DNA of 63,399 bases, the filler included. It is 11 parts of 11 records of this genome, joined end to end, with 100 filler letters (N's around TTAATTAATTAA, not from the genome) between each part and the next. Parts side by side here need not be neighbours in the genome. Positions count along the whole stretch, not along the records: positions 59,434 to 63,399 come from SRR20825010_4946; 10 more parts are not named here. One strand, written 5' to 3'. Below are positions 59,691-63,399 of this stretch, piece by piece. Numbering within the stretch: the stretch's first letter is position 1; each line of letters begins with the position of its first letter. The position numbers were made by a program, and so were the translations under genes. Below the pieces are notes generated by a model. It was not told where the DNA came from and did not search any database. It worked only from the letters and a program-made list of their open reading frames with translations.

Positions 59691-61532
59691 ATGTGCGGAA
59701 TTGTCGGCGTACTTTCTAAAACCAACAGCGTGCCAGTGTTGATCGATGGCCTGAAAAAACTCGAATACCGCGGATACGATTCCGCAGGTCTGGCCATTCA
59801 ATCCGACGCGGATCAATCCATTCTCCGCGCCCGCAGTGTGGGCCGCGTGGTCGAACTGGATTCCACCACCAAAACCCTCAGTGCCCGCATGGGAATTGCC
59901 CACACCCGTTGGGCCACGCACGGTGTGCCCAGCGAACGCAACGCGCATCCGCACATCAGCGAAGGGCAGGGTATTTCAGTCAGCGTGGTGCACAACGGCA
60001 TCATTGAAAACCACGAAGAAATTCGCAGGGCGCTCACCGCAGAAGGCTACGTTTTCCAGTCCGATACCGACACCGAAGTCATTGCCCACCTTGCCCACAA
60101 ACACCTGGCGCTGGGCATGTCCCTGCTGCCGGCAGTGCAGGCCACCGTCAAAAAGCTCGAAGGTGCGTTTGCCATCGCAGTGATTTGCAATACAGCCCCG
60201 CTCACCATCGTAGCCTCCAAGAAAGGCGCACCCTTGCTGGTGGGGCATGGTGAAGGCGAATTCTTTCTGGCCTCCGATGCCTCCGCATTGGTGGCCTATA
60301 CCAAACAAATCACCTACCTCGAAGAAAGCGACGTAGTGCAATTGCAAACCACAGGGGTTTCATTTTTTGATGGCGCTGGTCAGCAGGTCGAGCGCCCCAT
60401 CATCGAAAGCCAGTTGTCCGCCGATGCCGTGGAACTTGGTCCCTATGCGCACTACATGCAGAAGGAAATCTACGAACAGCCAGGCGCCATTGCAGCAACC
60501 CTCGAAATGGTCAGCAATGCTTCTGCAGTAAAGCCAGAATTGTTTGGTGCCGAAGCGGGCAACATTCTTCCCGGCATTCAACAGGTGCTTATCCTTGCCT
60601 GTGGCACCAGTTACCACGCCGCACTGGTTGCGCGTTACTGGTTTGAATCCATTGCAGCCTTGCCCACCAGCGTTGAAATTGCCAGCGAATACCGCTACCG
60701 CACCAGTGTCAGTTTGCCCAATACTTTGGTCATCACCGTTTCGCAATCGGGCGAAACAGCCGACACCCTGGCCGCACTGGAGCACGCAAAATCCCAAGGC
60801 ATGGTCAATGCCCTGTCCATTTGCAACGTGCCAGAATCTGCACTGATTCGCGCCAGCAATTTGAAGTTTCTAACCCGCGCTGGCCCTGAAATTGGCGTCG
60901 CTTCCACCAAGGCATTCACCACCCAGCTGGCGGCGCTTTTTACCTTCACACTGGTCATGGCAAAACTGCGCGGCAAGCTCTCTGCAGATCAGGAAAAAAC
61001 ACTGCTCACGCAACTGCGTCACCTGCCATCAGCCATGCAGAATATTCTGGCTCTCGAGCCTGAAATCAAAGCACTGGCCGCCAGTTTTGCAGAAAAGCGC
61101 CATGCGCTTTTTCTGGGGCGTGGTGTGCACTACCCCATTGCCATGGAAGGCGCATTGAAGCTGAAAGAAATCAGTTATATTCACGCTGAAGCTTATGCGG
61201 CAGGCGAGCTGAAACACGGCCCGCTTGCATTGGTCGATGCAGACATGCCTGTGGTGGCGGTCGCGCCCAAAGACACCTTGATCGAAAAGCTGAAATCGAA
61301 CTTGCAGGAAGTGCGTGCCCGTGGTGGCGAGTTGTATATTTTCGCCGACCGCGACACAAAGATCGATGCAGCCGACGGCGTGCATGTCATCAACTTGCTG
61401 GACCACGCCGGGCACCTGTCGCCGATCTTGCACACCTTGCCATTGCAGCTGTTGTCCTACCATGTTGCCCTGGTCAAAGGCACCGATGTGGACAAACCAC
61501 GCAACCTGGCCAAATCAGTGACCGTCGAGTAA
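59691..61532 (+). CDS. glmS: Glutamine--fructose-6-phosphate transaminase
   Basis: [35 protein letters not shown]. Confidence 0.98.
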   Translation: MCGIVGVLSKTNSVPVLIDGLKKLEYRGYDSAGLAIQSDADQSILRARSVGRVVELDSTTKTLSARMGIAHTRWATHGVPSERNAHPHISEGQGISVSVVHNGIIENHEEIRRALTAEGYVFQSDTDTEVIAHLAHKHLALGMSLLPAVQATVKKLEGAFAIAVICNTAPLTIVASKKGAPLLVGHGEGEFFLASDASALVAYTKQITYLEESDVVQLQTTGVSFFDGAGQQVERPIIESQLSADAVELGPYAHYMQKEIYEQPGAIAATLEMVSNASAVKPELFGAEAGNILPGIQQVLILACGTSYHAALVARYWFESIAALPTSVEIASEYRYRTSVSLPNTLVITVSQSGETADTLAALEHAKSQGMVNALSICNVPESALIRASNLKFLTRAGPEIGVASTKAFTTQLAALFTFTLVMAKLRGKLSADQEKTLLTQLRHLPSAMQNILALEPEIKALAASFAEKRHALFLGRGVHYPIAMEGALKLKEISYIHAEAYAAGELKHGPLALVDADMPVVAVAPKDTLIEKLKSNLQEVRARGGELYIFADRDTKIDAADGVHVINLLDHAGHLSPILHTLPLQLLSYHVALVKGTDVDKPRNLAKSVTVE

Positions 61533-61543
61533 CGGCAGCCCGA

Positions 61544-62572
61544 TTGCGCATGCCTGCCCGCCGAACTGTAGCCAGCGTCAAAATTCTTTGTGAACTGGGT
61601 GTTCGCCTGGGCTCGAGTCTAAGTGCCTTGCTCACTGGCTCATCCATTTTGCCTGCGCAACTGGATGACCCCCACCTGGAAATCGATCCGGATCAGGAAT
61701 TACAGGTCATTCACAACCTGGTACGCCTGCACGGCAAGGTTCCGGGTCTGGGGCTGATGGCAGGCTCTGAATATCACCTCACCACCTACGGCATCTGGGG
61801 CTACGCGCTTATCACCAGCCCCACATTCCGGCAGGCCGTAGAGCTGGGTGTGCGCTACCTCGACCTTACTTTTGCATTCTCGAAAGTCGAGTTGACGCAG
61901 GCCAACGGCATTGCATCCATTGTTCTGTCTGTTGATCATTTGCCCCCCGCCGTGCGCACCTTTGTTGCAGAACGGGACAGCGCTGCCATTCAGGTTTTGC
62001 AACGCGAACTGTTTGGTGTCAGCCTGCCCCTGCACAGCATGGAATTCGCCTTCCCGCTCACGGGTGATTTGGCCCAATACGAAATCATGTTTGCTTGTAC
62101 CCCGCGGTTTTGCGCAGCATTGAATCGTGCCAGCTTCGACGAGCAATGGCTAAGCCTACCCTTGCCCAAGGCCAATGAAACCAGTTCAAAGGTTTGCGAA
62201 ACTCAGCTTGAAAGTCTGTTATCTCGGCGCATGCAGCGTGGCGGCGTGTCGGCCTGGTTGCGCAACAAACTGCTGGCAGACATATCATCCTCGCCCAGTC
62301 TCGATCAAATCGCCACGGATCATTTCACGACAGAACGCACCTTGCGCAGGCGGCTCACCGAGGAAGGCACCAGCTTTCGGGACCTGCTTGCCGAGGTGCG
62401 GCAAACCATGGCCGAAGAACTGTTGTCCTCCACCGGACTCAGCGTGTCCGAAGTGTCGACCCGTCTGGGTTACTCATCGCCTTCGGCGTTCATTCACGCC
62501 TTTCAAAAGTGGCACGGTTGCTCACCTCGCCAGTTTCTGGATACTCGTCCGAAGCAGGTAAAGGGCAATTAA
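61544..62572 (+). CDS. AraC family transcriptional regulator
   Basis: YGIWGYALITSPT N-domain; TERTLRRRL.EEGTSF...LGYSSPSAFIHAFQKWHG HTH. Confidence 0.92.
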   Translation: MRMPARRTVASVKILCELGVRLGSSLSALLTGSSILPAQLDDPHLEIDPDQELQVIHNLVRLHGKVPGLGLMAGSEYHLTTYGIWGYALITSPTFRQAVELGVRYLDLTFAFSKVELTQANGIASIVLSVDHLPPAVRTFVAERDSAAIQVLQRELFGVSLPLHSMEFAFPLTGDLAQYEIMFACTPRFCAALNRASFDEQWLSLPLPKANETSSKVCETQLESLLSRRMQRGGVSAWLRNKLLADISSSPSLDQIATDHFTTERTLRRRLTEEGTSFRDLLAEVRQTMAEELLSSTGLSVSEVSTRLGYSSPSAFIHAFQKWHGCSPRQFLDTRPKQVKGN

Positions 62573-63399
62573 ACCGGGTATGGCCGCAATGGTTGAAAAG
62601 ATGAAGAAATCGCTCCAGCCAAACGCATCCACCACATAGCCTGCGGGTGCCGCCAGGTACACCCTTCCCATCGCCGCCAGCGAAGACAACAGCGCATACT
62701 GAGTCGCGGAAAATTCCTTGCTGCACAGGCTCGTCAGCAACCCCACAAAAGCGGCCGTGCCCATGCCGCCGCAAAGGTTCTCCACAAACACCGCACCCCC
62801 CATGGCCCAAATGTTGGGTTCAATCACCGACAGCAGCCAGAACGACAAATTCGACACCGCCTGGAAAATTCCGAACAGCATCAATGCCCCGTACAAACCC
62901 ATGCGTGTCATCAAAGCGCCGCCCAAAAATGCACCCAGCAGGGTCGCAATCAGGCTGACTGTCTTGTTCACCGCGCCCACCTCGGTCAGCGTGAACCCAA
63001 GACCCTTGAGTAGAAACGCAGTGGTCAGCGACCCCGCAAACGCATCGCCCACCTTGTACAACACAATCAACACCAAAATCCAGATTGCTGCCTCCTTGCT
63101 CATGAAGTTGCGGGTCGACTCCTTCACAATATCGAACAGTTTTCGCTTGATCGCCCTTTTCGCAATATCCTCCGGAGTGTCGGCAGTCGGGCTGATGGCC
63201 GTAATCACGGCACAAACCGCGATCAATCCAGCCATTAGCAAGTACGTACCCGACCAGCCCAGGAATTCCCCAGCAAGAATCAACGCCAAACCACCCGACA
63301 CCAGCATGGCAACCCTGTAGCCCGTCACATAGTAAGCAGCGCCCAGGCCCCTTTCCTGCGTGGGTAGCAGGTCGGTTCTGTACGCATCAATAGCCATGT
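62522..63399 (-). CDS. ampG: AmpG family muropeptide MFS permease (5'-partial)
   Basis: AIDAYR, GYRVAM, LYKVGDAF, GGMGTAAFV, FSATQYALLSSL. Confidence 0.92.
   Translation of the reverse strand, partial: MAIDAYRTDLLPTQERGLGAAYYVTGYRVAMLVSGGLALILAGEFLGWSGTYLLMAGLIAVCAVITAISPTADTPEDIAKRAIKRKLFDIVKESTRNFMSKEAAIWILVLIVLYKVGDAFAGSLTTAFLLKGLGFTLTEVGAVNKTVSLIATLLGAFLGGALMTRMGLYGALMLFGIFQAVSNLSFWLLSVIEPNIWAMGGAVFVENLCGGMGTAAFVGLLTSLCSKEFSATQYALLSSLAAMGRVYLAAPAGYVVDAFGWSDFFIFSTIAAIPGLIALYLLRTSIQKLAR

Overview
The window is not one locus. It is 11 unrelated contigs joined by ten artificial 100-nt linkers (N44-TTAATTAATTAA-N44), probably from several bacteria: contigs 1-10 look alphaproteobacterial and contig 11 probably betaproteobacterial (inferred from gene order and protein style). 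Most content is housekeeping or envelope genes: uvrA end/DUF72/comEC/gltX/gltA; trkH and a ThDP decarboxylase; maeB/bax/nfu/ppa; the end of a surface-polysaccharide locus beside sulP; tex/thiE/efp/suhB; plsX/rpmF/bamE/olsB; mtaB/ftsY/yciB/ccmABCDG/acnA; rcdA/rpmE; cysQ/pmbA; glmU/glmS/ampG. I saw no CRISPR array, rRNA, tRNA, transposase or phage gene. The most notable observations are: (1) an aconitase A fused in frame to a 181-aa histone-H1-like Lys/Ala/Pro N-terminal domain containing eight 11-aa repeats, with a similar basic tail on a MarR protein of the same contig; (2) an unannotated ~95-nt sRNA candidate with an anti-Shine-Dalgarno motif behind a perfect CtrA box, upstream of rcdA, which has its own perfect CtrA box; (3) a non-flagellar MotA/MotB-like (ZorAB-like) pair found in two different contigs; (4) a desaturase plus signal-peptide-less PhnD-like binding-protein cassette; (5) several real small or partial genes missed by the ORF track. 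All family assignments come from motif recognition by eye, not database searches.
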